A DNA stretch of 64,000 nucleotides from NCBI RefSeq assembly GCF_004010195.1, contig NC_057754.1:11044911-11108910 (forward strand), written 5' to 3'. The translations under genes and the position numbers were made by a program. Each line of letters begins with the position of its first letter. Position 1 is the stretch's first letter. The DNA comes from Chiloscyllium plagiosum. Taxonomy: Eukaryota. Below the pieces are notes generated by a model. The model saw nothing but the letters and a program-made list of their open reading frames with translations, was not told the origin of the DNA and did no database searches. Shown piece by piece: positions 25,171-37,550 of this stretch.

Positions 25171-27823
25171 GCGATGCTGCAAATCTGTCCCCACTCCCCT
25201 GCCATTTGTCAATACTACTCCAAATCTTTCCTTCAAAGGTTAAATTCCAAAGTTCTTTTGAGAAAAAAAACTGTTGAATCTGCATCCAATTGCCGTTCAG
25301 ACTGTTCCAGATGCTCAGATGTTGCTGAATGAAATAATCTTCACCCTGCATTATTTGCCATTTACTTAAAAGTGGTGACCAAAAATTGCGCCATTTTGTC
25401 ATTTTGTGAAAATTAAGTATCCTCGAAACAAATCTGCATCTCATGTAAATGTTAGATTCACCTTCTCAACTCCAACGCGAAATAAGCTGCTACCTCTCCA
25501 CAAAACAGAAACCCATCTTAATTTTAATTAAATTGAAGGAATGTGGACTTTGCTGTCCAGACCAGTATTTATTGGCTATCTACTTATTGGTGGTGAAATG
25601 CCTTCTTCAACTAATGTAGTCCATGTACTGTTGATGCATCAATGCTGTTTGGAAGATAATCTGCAGTCTCTTACATGGTTTGTGGAAAGAACCTTGACCT
25701 GGATCCACTGCACACATATCTTCTCATTCGGCTTTGTTCTAATGAATTTTTTTCTTCTGCTTCCTCATGGGTAAGTGAAGTTGAAGCTGAGTTAGAATCT
25801 CAAACTGCAGCTTCAGAGCAGACAGGACACTCTGAGAAACATTTCATTCTGCAATGAGTTGTTATAATCTGGAATGCAGTGTCTGAAGCTTTGGTTCAGT
25901 AACAGGAACTTTCAAGATAAAATTGAAAGGCTGATGTGGAAATCGCAGTGGAGTGGGCAGAGTTAGAAACTCACACAAGTCACATCACTGTACATATGAA
26001 GTTGCCATGACAACACTGTCCATTCACTCATTGGAAATTAAAGTAAAATCTAAGGTAATTGGAAAGTGAAGGAATGGAGGCATGAGGAGAAAGTGAATGT
26101 TAAATTCTGGAATATGCTGCCTGAGAGGATGGTGGAGGCGGATTCAATCAAGATATTCAAGAGGAAATTGGCTTATTATCTGAAAAGGAAAAAGTTGGGG
26201 GAATGTTACTCAGTCAATTTCTCAGGCAGCTACCCAGTGTTACAGGGAGAAGCTGAGGGATTAAGGCTTGGTGAAATGATGATTCAAATATCAGCACCAT
26301 TTCCCACCTCACCCACTCATTCTCTAGTCATTATTGCTATCACAGTAAGGACATGGTAAAATGGAGGTTGGTGCTTGTTCAGCACTTCCCTGCAGCTGCC
26401 ACTGTGCAGTTTCTGTTTTGCAGCCTCTGAGCTGAATGGCCTGAAATGGTACCAGTCCTTACTTGGCCTGTTTGGACCCACCACATTCTGGAAAGTTCCT
26501 GGATGGGGTCTGGTGAAAACCATTGCTCACCTGAACTGAGGTTTGTGTCTCTTACTTGTGACCTGGACCAGTCGAGTCCGATTGCTAGGCTTCAAGTCTG
26601 AGACCTTCACCCGCTGCTCTCTGCTGCTGCTGATCCTGACCTCAGGCATTTTCTTGTTTCTAATCACCATTTCCTTGGTGTAGTCACAACCTGCCTCTGG
26701 GTATGAGTATCACTACCAGCTTCTGAGTGCTTGGGACAGACTAGATTGGCTACAATACCATTTAAAAACTAGCACCATTGTTCACTATAAACCAAAAGCA
26801 TCTGGATGGTCCGATCCTGTATTGTTATGACCTTTTTTTGTTTAAATGTTTATTTATTTATTCTATTTTCTTCACAATAAAATAGGGCATACTTAGAAAG
26901 ATGATAGAGGACATTCTTTATCTGGAGATTGTGAGTGTACCTGAGGTTATCAGGCTCCTGTGAACTCCTCCGTCAGTTATTTTAACGTAGACTTTAAACA
27001 GTTTCTTTCAAAAAGGTCTATTTTAAGAGTTCGCACCAGCCTTAAAGTGGCGGTTACTCTGTAATGGCTCCAGTCAATTTCAAACTGGAAGTTTAAACCT
27101 ATTATTTTACTTTCAGTTAGGAACAGATCACAGTTTGACACCAGTCTCTGATTTGACAGCACATTTCCAGCATTCACTGATGTTCCCCCTGACTCTGAAC
27201 ATAATTATAAAGGAGCTTCTGTTCTGTGTCTAGGGGTTAGAACCATTGGAAAGTGCAGCTGGGAAACATTTCTTAGCGCACTTCAAGAGAAGAGAAATGA
27301 GAAGGATCAAAGTGCTATTCATTCCTTTCAGGATAGGACTGTATCCAGGCTGAAGTTCTGTTCCTGCAAAAGATCCATTCCCAGATTATCCTTTTTGAGC
27401 TCCAGCAAGTGATGTTAAACACTCGGATGGAAAAGAAAAATGCACAGCAATGTCATAGAGATTTGAAACATGGAAGTAGACCCTTCGGTCCAACTCATCT
27501 ATGCTGACCAAATATCCTAAATTAATCTAGTCCAATTTGCCAGCATTTGGCCCATATCCCTCTAACCGCTTCCTAAACACTCCTGCATCTGCAGTCTTCA
27601 CTTTCTCCATGGTAACAATGGTATCACCAAATTCACCTCAAAGTCCCACACTGTACTGACCTGTTTGATTCTACATTCTGAATGAACAGAAATTGTCTCC
27701 ATTTAACTACTGAACATTGAGATGCCTGAAGTCAGTATCTTTAGTCCAGCTACAAACTCCACTCTGATGCCACTTCCTGATCGTCATCTGAGGCTGAGTA
27801 CTCTGCAAAATCATACAAACGTA

Positions 27824-28105
27824 GGGCAACGTGGTGGCTTAGTTGTTCGCACTACAGCCTCACATTGCTAGGGACTTGGGTTCAATTCCAGCCTTGGGTG
27901 ACTGTCTGTGTGGAGTTTGCATGTTCTCCCCATGTCTGCTGGGTTTCCTCCCAAAATCCAAAGATGTGCAGGTCAGGTGGATTGGCATGAAAAATTGCAC
28001 ATGGTGTTAAGTGCATTAGTCAGAGAGAATGGGTCTGGGTGGGTTACTGTTTGGAAGGTTAGTGTGGACTTGTTGGGCCAAATGGTCTGTTTGGGTAATC
28101 TAATC
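27824..28105 (+). mobile_element. HE1/V-SINE
   Basis: tRNA-like head with GGTTCAATTCC, V-domain and taatctaatc tail. Confidence 0.88.
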
Positions 28106-28840
28106 ATGTACCCATCAGATGCCTTTTAAATGGTGTATTTGTACCAGTCTCCACCACTTCCTCTGCCAGCTCATTCCATACTCTCCATGAAAAAGTTGCC
28201 CCTGAGGTCTCTCTTAAATCTTTCCCCTCTGATCCTAAACCTATGCTGTCCCCCTCAATCCCAGTGAAATGACCTTGGCTACTCAGACTATCCATGTCCC
28301 TCATTATGTCATAAAACTCTATAAGGTCACCCCTTAGCCGCCAATGCTCCAGGGAAAATAGCCCCAGCTTATTCAGCTGGGTGGCAACACCCTTGGAAAT
28401 CTTTTCTGAACCCTTTCAAGTTTCACAACATCCTTCCTACAGGAGGGAAATCACAATTAAATTCACAATTCCAAAAGTGGCCTAACCAATGTCCTGTCCT
28501 CCTGTGACAGGGCCTCCCAACTCCTATACTTAATGCACAAACCAATAAAGGCAAGCGTATCAAACACCTTCACTATCCTATCTACCTGTGACTCCACCTT
28601 CAAGGAACTATGAATCTGTACTCCAATGTTTCTTTGTTCAGGAACACTCCTCAGAAACTTACCATTACATGTATAAGTCCTGCTCTGATTTGCCTTTCTA
28701 AAATGCAGCACCTCACAGTTATCTAAATTAAACTCCATCTGCCACTTCTCAACCCCTTGGCCCATCTGATGAAAGTCCCATTGTACTCTGAATTAACCTT
28801 CTTCACTGTCCACTCCACTTCCAATTCTGGTGTCATCTCT
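28106..28840 (-). mobile_element. CR1 3' fragment
   Basis: EKWQMEFNLDNCEVLHF and RTLVRPLLE. Confidence 0.85.
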
Positions 28841-28974
28841 GTTCGTGTAAAGCTGAATTATTAACTATGTATTCAAAATATCAGCTTCCAGCCTAGACAC
28901 AAGGATTGTTGATATCAATAGAAGCAAAACATCACTATCAAAATGTCATTCAGTCTTGCAGAATCCAACCCTTG

Positions 28975-29340
28975 CAGTCACTGTTGAACTCACAAGTGTC
29001 TCAATCAGTGAGATGACTGAGTGACTAGGTCCAACACGCGAAGCAGCTGAACAGCTTCTCATCAGTGTCAATGGGTTTGTAGGACAGCAAGTCTATTTTA
29101 CTTTTAAATCTCTGATCACAGAATATTGAAAATTTTTCTTATCAAAATGAGCAAGTTGTTGTGTAACTAGATGGATGACTGATTTGAACCTTTTGTTCTC
29201 TCCCTGGTGTTAATTTGCTGGTGGACTGTGAGTTTGCATGATCCTCTAAAGCCAGTCCCACAGTGAGAGCTGACTGGTCTCGTCAGTGTTAACATTCAGC
29301 TCCAGAACTGTCACACCACATCCTGCAATCAGACATTTAA
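28975..29340 (-). pseudogene. Heavily decayed C2H2 ZNF remnant (C-terminal fingers)
   Basis: cagtcactgttgaactcac..gtgagatgactgagtga mirrors the stop/last-finger region of the intact ZNF at 34452-34500, and an 84-nt-like periodicity remains. Confidence 0.55.
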
Positions 29341-29644
29341 TGGCTAATCTGTCAATGAGCAAAGGTAATGTGTCCACAGATTCCTGATCAATATGTGAAT
29401 CAGGGGTTATGGGGATAAGGCAGAAAGTGATGTTAAACATGATCCAAATCAGCCATGATGTCTTTTGATGGTGGAAGACTTGATGGGCTGAATGGCCTAC
29501 TCTTGCTCATATGCCTGATATCCTTTAGGCATCACCCCAGTCCAAGCCTTGTCATGACATAGACTGCTTTCAGCAGCAATCCATTTTCACCTCCTAAAAG
29601 TCTCCATGATCAGCATTTCTTTCTCCCTGTCATACTATCATAAA

Positions 29645-30095
29645 GGCATAGAGATGTACAGCATGGAGACAGACCCTTTGATCCAACTCATCCATGCCAA
29701 CCAAATACCTCAACCCAATCTAGTTGGCATCCCAAACCCGGCCCATATCCCTCCAAACTCTTCCCATTCATATACCCATTCAGATGCATTTTAAATGTTG
29801 CAATCATACGAGCCTCCACCACTTGCTCTGCCAGTTCATTCCATACACATACCACCCTCTGCATGAAAACATTGCCCCTTAGATCTCTTTTATATCTTTC
29901 CCCTCTCACCTGAAACCTATGCCCTCTAGTTCTGGACTCCCCCATCCCAGGGAAGAGACTTTGTCTATTTATCCTATCCATGCCCCTCATGATTTTATAA
30001 ACATCTACAAGGTCACCACCTCAGCCTCCAACGCTCCAGGGAAAACAGCCCCAGCCTATTCAACCTCTCCCTATAGCTCAAATTCTCTAACTCCG
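29645..30095 (-). mobile_element. CR1 3' end
   Basis: RTRGHRFQVRGERYKRDLRGNVFMQRVV. Confidence 0.88.
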
Positions 30096-30129
30096 GAGCA
30101 GTGGGGTTGGAGGGTGTGGGTGTCCCAGA

Positions 30130-30425
30130 GAACATCTGCCTCATAGTTGAACACTTCAACTCCCCCTCCCACTCCATCAAGGACATGCAGGCCCTGGGCC
30201 TCCTCCACCACCAAACCATTACCACCCAACACCTGGAGGAAGAACACCTCATATTCTGCCTTGGGACCCTACAATAACAGGGGATAAATGTGGATTTCAC
30301 TAGCTTCCTCACTTCCCTTCGCCCCACATTATCCCAATCCCAAGCCTCCAACTTGGTACCACCCTTTCAACCTGTCCATCACTCCCCTCTCTGACCTATC
30401 ACCATCTCCCTCACCTTCATCCACC
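30130..30425 (+). mobile_element. Penelope-like GIY-YIG C-terminal fragment
   Basis: VEHFNSPSHSIKDMQALGLLHHQTITTQHLEEEHLIFCLGTL, homologous to 45200-45380. Confidence 0.8.
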
Positions 30426-31800
30426 TGATCTTTGAGGAGCCCTATTCTCTCCCTAGTTATCCTTTTGTCCTTAATGTATTTGTAAGCACCCTCTGGATTC
30501 TCCTTAATTCTTTTTGCCAAAGGTTTCTCATGTCCTCTTTTTGCTGTCCTGATTTCCCTCTTAAGTATACTCCTACTGCCTTTATACTGTTCTGAGGAGT
30601 CACTATCTGTTTTGCCTATACCTGACATAGGCTTCCTTCTTTTTCTTAACAAAACACTCAATTTCTTTAGTCATCCAGCATTCCTTATACCTACCAGCCT
30701 TTCCTTTCACCCTAACTGGAATATACTGTCTCTGGACCCTTGTTATCTAATTTCTGAAGGCTTCCCTTTTTCCAGCCGTCCCTTTACCTGCGAACATCTG
30801 CCCCAATCGGCTTTTGAAAGTTCTTGCCTAATACGTCAAAATTAGCCTTCCTCCAATTTAGAACTTCAACTTTAAGATCTGGTGCATCATTTTCCATCAC
30901 CATTTTAAAACTAATAGAATTATGGTTGCTGGCTCTTAAAGTGCTCCCCCACTGACACCTCAGTCACCTTCTCTGCTTTATTTCCCATGAGTAGGTCATG
31001 TTTTGCACCATCTCTAGTCGGTTCATCCACATATTGAATCAGAAAATTTTCTTGTGCACACTTAAATTCCTCTCCATCTAAACCCTTAACACTATAGCAG
31101 TCCCAGTCTTTGTTTGGAAAGTTAAAATCCACTTCCATAACCACTATTATTCTTACAGATAACTGAGATCTCCTTACAAATCTGTTTCTCAATTTCCCTC
31201 TGACTATTAGGAGGTCTGTAATACAATCCCAATAAGGTGATCATACTTTTCTTATTTCTCAGTTCAACCCAAATAACTTCCGTGGATATATTTCTGGGAA
31301 TATCCTCCCTCAGCACAGCTGTAAAGCTATCCCTTATCAAAAATGTCATTCCCCTTCCTCTCTTGCCTCACTTTATGTCCTTCCTGGAATATTTGTATCC
31401 TGGAACATTAAGCTTCCAGTGCTGTCCATCCCGGAGCCATGTTTCTGTAATTGCTATGATATCCCAGTCTTATGTTCTTAACCATGCCCTGAGTTAATCT
31501 GCCTTCCCTGCTCAGCCTCTTGCATTGTAATAAATGAAGTTTAATTTATTTTAATCATTCCTACCTTGTTCTCTGCTTTGTCCCTGCCTGCCCTGACTGT
31601 TTGACTGGCTTCTTTTCTCAACTGTACCAGTCTCAGCTTGATTACTTTCCTCACTATCTCTCACCCCCCTCACCTTAATAGTTTAAATCTTCCTGAGCAG
31701 CTCTCGCAAATCTCCCTACCAGTATATTAGTCCCCTTCCAATTCAGGTGCAATCTGTCCTTCTGTACAGTTCACTTCTACCCCAGAAGAGATTCCAATGA
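30426..31800 (-). mobile_element. CR1 ORF2 5' part (APE endonuclease) and ORF1 end
   Basis: IWVELRNKK..LGLYYRPPNSQ, DFNFPNKDW and LAKRIKENP. Confidence 0.88.
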
Positions 31801-33188
31801 TCTCTGTCCCTTTTTTCCCCCTTACATTTGTTCTCCCTGCCTATCACTCACTTTTTCTCTGCTTATTTTTTGAAACACTTCCTGTAATGGTGAACTCTTC
31901 ATCCCAACAAGTCCTTATTTCCCTGTTGGATTTATGAAGAACTACCTTGTGATCATGGCTCTTCATTTAAGATCTTACCCTCAAGTAGAAATATTACCTC
32001 CAGCTCTACAATGTCCTAAATGGTAAACTGGGTATAAAAATGAACCGCACAAGATCCAAGCACAAGTCTCAACTTACATCTGAAATTGACTAGATGGCAG
32101 GAACCGATGACTGATGATCACTGGGTTTTTGTTTCTGTGACAGGATGTAGACTCCAGTGAGGTTCCACTGGGCTCAATCCTTGGTTCTTCGTTCCTGAAG
32201 TATCACTTGATGGAGAGATGGGGCTCAGGGTCATGTTTAATCTGGGGGTGGAGGGGGGAAGTGGGGTGATGAAGTCAGGGCTTTTTGGAGGGGGAAAGAG
32301 TGAAGTGCGAAGGGGGGGGGGGTCTAACGTGCCTCCTGCGGCCCACGGAGGGCCTAGACCCAGGCCCCCCCCCCCAACAAGAGCAAACGTCCTCTCAGCA
32401 GCTAACCTGTCAGGTCCCATCAGTATTTTATGTTTTTATGAGATCACCACTCATTTTTCTAAACTCCAATGAAGCCACACCCAAATCTTTCCTCATGATA
32501 ATCCTTTCATCCCAGGCACTGGCCTTCTGAACCTTCTTTGAATTGTTCCCAATGCAAGTACAGCCCTCCTTAAGGACGGAGATTGTTGTATGAACTGGTG
32601 GTAATCAATTTCAGAACACATTTTGGGGGATATTATTCAGAACCTTTTTGGGGGATGCAAAACATAGGGGTGGGACACCAAGATGTAGGAGTTTGTAAAA
32701 TTGAAGGGGGCCCACACAAAGTGAGGTGGGGGGAAACCAATGTTAAGGGGTGTGCAAAAAGTTGGTGGGGACAAGATTTGGAGAGGGTGCAACATAGTGG
32801 GACTGCAAAATTTTGTGGAGACAAAACCTGGATGTAGAGGATGGGGGGAGCAGTAGAAAGACTGTATTATTTTGGAGGTGTATAACTTAGAGGGCTGCAA
32901 AACAAGATGAAGGGCATGTGGCCAAGTGGGAAAATACAAAAAATGAAAAAAAGTGGGAAAGAACAGAGACAAGGACAGAAAAAGGTAGAGTGAAATACAA
33001 AAATAAAGTAAGAGAGACAGGTAAGAGGTAAGAGGCACAGAGGGGGAGAAAGACAGATGGTGGGGGGGGGATGGAAAGAGGGAAAAAGTCAGAAAAATGA
33101 ACAGGAGTGAAGGAAAATCATGAAGACACTGAGGGGATACTCGCCATTCCAGCAGTGCCCAGCTTTCTCAATGGTTTCTCACACACCC

Positions 33189-33270
33189 TCTCTACCATGA
33201 GGGACAGATCCTGCTCCTGGAGTTTGCTTTCTCTACCATGAGGGACAGATCCTGCTCCTGGAGTTTGCTT
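33189..33270. repeat. Perfect 41-bp tandem duplication
   Basis: TCTCTACCATGAGGGACAGATCCTGCTCCTGGAGTTTGCTT occurs twice in tandem. Confidence 0.95.
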
Positions 33271-33946
33271 CAGCCTAACGGTTAGGGGAGGGTGGGAGGT
33301 GGTTACAGGCTCAAAACTGGCATTGGGATTCCAACAGTACCCACGCTCCTCCTCACACAACCAGACAGAAACCCTCTGATATTTACCTCCTGTTGTCCAC
33401 ATGGCAAAAGGAACTATGGTTGCTAGGGCCTACTTTAAATGCTTTAAAGTCTATCACTCAAAGCCCCCTTACTGCCCAAATCCCAGCTCATCCAGTCAGC
33501 TCCCTCTACCTGGAGGACACCAAGGGACATCTCAGAGATTAGAGGGGAGAGCGGGGGGTTGAGGGAAAAAGCAGCAACTCAACTGTTTCAGGACAAATTA
33601 CTACAGATGCTAGAAATTACAGCGGGTCAGGCAGCATCGTGGAAAGACAGCAAGCTAACATTTCAAGTTTAGATGGCTCTGAAGAGTCACCTAGACTCAA
33701 AATGTTAACTTGCTCTCTCCATGGATGTTGTCTGACCAAGCGTTTGTTGTTTTCAGCTCAATAGTTTAGTCCAGACCGTCTCCATCTGTGCTTTCCCTAC
33801 AACCTCCTCCTCCCCCGCTTTACTTCAAGCACTCTGGCCCCAGACTTAAAATTCCACAGAGACAAAGCTGCAGTTTCAAACCAGCAGCCGCCATAACAGG
33901 TTCAATTAGACAACCAGGACGCAGGCTTCTGTAACCAATGAACACA

Positions 33947-33952
33947 TTTATT
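33947..33952 (-). terminator. Candidate polyadenylation signal (AATAAA) of ZNF paralog A
   Basis: About 500 nt downstream of the stop codon, and conserved at the homologous position in paralog B (59077-59082). Confidence 0.55.
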
Positions 33953-34454
33953 CCATAAGGAACAGGGATTACACAGATTTATTGCACAAATCAGAATTTA
34001 CTGTACAAATGAACTTGGGTTTATTAAACAGATTGACCCTGACAATATACTGAGGGACACTATCTCTATCTGTATGTGTTTGACTGTGCCTGCCTGTGTA
34101 TTTGTGTCTTTGCCTGTGTTTCCATGTATGTGTGTTTATGAATTTGTTTTTTTTCTGTGTATCAGTATGTGGGGACCCAGCTCTGCCTGCAATGCGACAC
34201 ACTTCAAATGTAGAAATTAAAAATGTGACGAATCAAAGTCACAGTTTCTCTGTGCCTCTGGTGTTTAAAGTGATACAATGCCACCCGCTGCTGGCCTGCC
34301 CATGATACATCACAACACCGCATATTTCTCTATTCCATTGCATTTTTTTCCTGGTCCTCAGGGGATGGAGGAATCCTCCATCACATCAAATCATTCCTCC
34401 CTGCGGCTGGATCAAAGTTTTTAACAACAGCAGCAACAGATGCCTGCCCTGCGG

Positions 34455-35156
34455 TCACTTGTGAACTCGCTGGTGTCTTAGAAGGTGGGATGACTGAGTA
34501 AATGCTTTCCCACAGATGGAGCAGGCATACAGCTTCTCACCAGTGTGTATTCGCTGGTGTTTCAGAAGGCTGTTTGAATGGACAAATCGTTTCCCACACT
34601 CAGAGCAGAGAAATGGCCTCTCCCCAGTGTGAATGCGTTGATGTGTCAGCACGTCACATCTGTGTTTAAAGCTCTTCTCACAGTGCGAACATTTGAAAGG
34701 TCTCTCATCAGTGTGAACCAGTTGGTGCGCCCTGAGGTTGGATAACTGAGAGAATGCTTTGCCACACTCCGCGCAGGGGAATGGCCTCTCCCCAGTGTGA
34801 ACTCGCTGGTGTTTCATTAGGCAGGACGAGTCACTGAATCCCTTCCCACATTCTGGGCAGATGAACGGCCTCTCCCCAGTGTGAACTTGCTGGTGTCGGA
34901 GTAGGTTGGCTGATTGAGTGAATCCCTTCCCACACACAGAGCAGGGGAATGGTTTTTCTCCAGCATGAACTCGTTGGTGTCTCCACAGGTTGGATGAGTC
35001 ACTGAATCCCTTCCCACACTTGGGGCAAATGAACGGCCTCTCCCCAGTGTGAGTGCGTCGATGAGTTTCCAGCAGGGATGGGCGTTTGAATCCTTTCCCA
35101 CAGTCCACACATTTCCATGGTTTCTTTGTCGTGCAGATGTCTTCACATTTCTCCAT
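34455..35156 (-). CDS. C2H2 zinc-finger protein, 8 fingers, no KRAB/SCAN/BTB domain (paralog A)
   Basis: Intact 233-aa ORF with 8 CxxC...HxxxH units and TGE(R/K)PF linkers. Upstream acceptor ttttacAG at 35520-35521. Confidence 0.9.
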   Translation of the reverse strand: MEKCEDICTTKKPWKCVDCGKGFKRPSLLETHRRTHTGERPFICPKCGKGFSDSSNLWRHQRVHAGEKPFPCSVCGKGFTQSANLLRHQQVHTGERPFICPECGKGFSDSSCLMKHQRVHTGERPFPCAECGKAFSQLSNLRAHQLVHTDERPFKCSHCEKSFKHRCDVLTHQRIHTGERPFLCSECGKRFVHSNSLLKHQRIHTGEKLYACSICGKAFTQSSHLLRHQRVHK

Positions 35157-36471
35157 ATCAGATCATCAGCTGACTCCTTGCCCATACACAGGACAGGGAT
35201 ACAGTTTCTCCCCAGTGAGTGGCGTAGTGTTAGTCAGTCTGTGTAACTAGTTCAAGACCTGTCCAGTCAGTTCACCAGGAACACTTTCCCTCAGGCTGTG
35301 TAACTGGCAAGAGCTCTCTCCACAGTCAGTTCACTTGTACAGTCACCTGCATGGATGTGTCTTGCTGCATTTCCAGTTACACTGACTCTTAAAATCTTTT
35401 CCCAAAGACAGTAGACAAATGTTGCAAATCCAATTGTTTTCAAGTCCTGATGAATTGATTCACTCTCTAAACTGGACAGGCTTTGGAATTCTTGCTAATA
35501 AATGCACCTCTGTGATTCTCTGTAAAACAAGTTTAAGAATCAGGAAAAGGAGAGTATGAGAGATAGAACTGTTTAAGACAGTACAAGAGATTGTGAAATG
35601 GAATTCATTGAATCTGGTAATTTGTGAAAAACACTCAAATAGTGACCTTGAAAAATTCTTGGATTGTCATAAAAATTCAATTGGTTCACGAATGCCCTTC
35701 AGGGAAGGGGACCTACTGCCTGTCCCTGAGCCTCTACAGTACTCAGCCCTCAATGGGAGGAGATTCTTAAGGACACAATTTCCTCCCTCTACATCACAGG
35801 TATAACTGATTGATCGTCTCTCCAAGAAGGTCAAGACCAGCATATATGGTGAACTCCGCTCCCAGACACACACCACCCTTTGTTGCTGTTTCTTTACGGC
35901 TGTTACCTAACAATCCTGTAACTCCTCACCGACAGCATCGTGGGAGAGCTGTCACAGCAGGATAGCAGTGAATGCTGGCCTCTTTAGCGTTGCTCAAGTC
36001 CCAGTAATAACGTTGGAGGTAAATTATATTAGAACTGCTCTTGAGAAACATCGCTTCTTAAAAGAAATCCCTGAACTTGGAACAGACACCTTCAGTTAAG
36101 TTACTAAATTTAGGAATACTTCTTGTGACAGCCTCCCATTAGAAGTTACTGGAGCCACTTAAACCCAGCAGCCTCTCGCTACAACAATCCCTACAACAGA
36201 CACAGGAATGTGCAACAGGGGGAAATCTGCAGGAAAGCAAAATTACTACAACTCAGGCAGTATCTCCAGAGAGAGAAAATATTAATTGAACTTACTGACC
36301 TTCTGTCTTCAATAATCAGCCTCTCCTCAGTCTAGGAGAAACAGACGTTCCTTTTGATTTGAGCTTGCTGAAAGTAAATCCCTTCACTCTAACTCTGTGC
36401 AAAAGGAGTTTCCTAGGGCTCGGTACTAAGCTGGGCACAGACAACTTCCACCAGATTGTCCCTGAACTCAC

Positions 36472-36700
36472 CCAATCCCTCCTTCCCTCCTTCCGTCCGT
36501 CTCCTACTCTCAACCCACGACCTCCAGTACCTACAATGCGCATGCTCTTTAGACAACCCGGCCCTGCCCTTCGTTCACTCTGATTGGCTCGGAGATCAGC
36601 CAATCCCAAAGGCCATCTTGTGCTTCCTACCTTTCTACTGGTCAAGACGTGCCGTCAATCATCCCAGGGGTTGAAGCATGCGCAGACTGGGCATGATGTT
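36472..36700 (-). promoter_or_regulatory. Promoter/non-coding first exon of ZNF paralog A (possibly bidirectional)
   Basis: NRF1-type TGCGCATGC (~36537) and GCATGCGCA (~36677), opposed CCAAT boxes, YY1-like CAAGATGGCC on the minus strand at 36611-36620, GCCGTCAATCA at 36651-36661, and a minus-strand GTGAGT donor at 36466-36471. Confidence 0.65.
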
Positions 36701-36892
36701 TAGCGATCAAAGTGCGTTCCCAGTTGTACAAATTTGTGAGAAGAAGCGGAATTATTCCAGAACTCAGCTGTATTTCAGTTCAGGAAGGAAGTAAAGACTC
36801 TTTTTTCAATAGTATGTAGTCATCCCTGAGCAGGCCTGTATTTATTTTCTAGTTATATTTTTTTAACCCCCACACTACCGCCTAACTGCGGT

Positions 36893-37550
36893 AGAATCAT
36901 AGAGTCATAGAGATGTACAGCACAGAAACAGACCCTTTGGTTCAACCCGTCCATGCCGACCAGATATCCCAACCCAATCCAGTCCCACTGCCAGCACTTG
37001 GCCCTTATCCTTCCAAACCCTTCCTATTCACATACTCATCCAAATGCCTTTTAAATGTCTTGGTGAGGTGCTCATTAATTAACCTGCAACACATTATCAA
37101 TGGAGATGAACAACCGCCAAACCTCAAACAGATCATTGTTCGTAGCAAACTGCCCGAGAATGCAACTTTAAAAAAAAAAGGTTTTGTGATTTACACATGA
37201 AAGAAGTGAAACTATCACTGTATTCTAACAGATGAAAGGCTTAACAGACAATCAATTCTTCAATGTATAATTTCAGTTACATCACACTGCAAATTTTTGC
37301 TATAAATTCTGTGTTACGATCGAGCCCTCCACAATCACCTGATGAAGGAGCGTCGCTCCGAAAGCTAGTGTGCTTCCAATTAAACCTGTTGGACTATAAC
37401 CTGGTGTTGTGTGATTTTTAACTTTGTACACCCAGATCCAACACCGGCATCTCCGAATCATGACTTTTAAATCTTGCAATTGTACCAGCCTCCACCACAT
37501 CCTCTGGCAGCTCATTCCATACACGTACCATCCTCTGCGTGAAAAAGTTA
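36893..37550 (-). mobile_element. CR1 3' tail split by a plus-strand Penelope-like insertion (~37060-37463)
   Basis: The CR1 tail resumes after 37464. The insert encodes QPPNLKQIIVRSKLP (PLE-like) and a terminus homologous to 57990-58195. Confidence 0.75.
37336..37370 (+). ncRNA. Minimal type I hammerhead ribozyme motif in a PLE terminus
   Basis: cac-CTGATGA-a-GGAGC(gtc)GCTCC-GAAA-gCTA-gtg: the complete catalytic core, a 5-bp stem II, a palindromic AGCT stem III/loop, a CUA triplet and a 3-bp stem I. Confidence 0.7.

Noticed and set aside
24519..25332. 167-aa and 228-aa ORFs
   Set aside because: No recognisable domains. Expected by chance in a GC-rich promoter.
26950..27430. Possible Tx1/L1 ORF1 remnant on the minus strand
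   Set aside because: Only vague similarity across broken frames.
32600..33120. Purine-rich region with a 133-aa hydrophobic minus-strand ORF
   Set aside because: Low-complexity sequence explains the Phe/Leu/Ser-rich translation.
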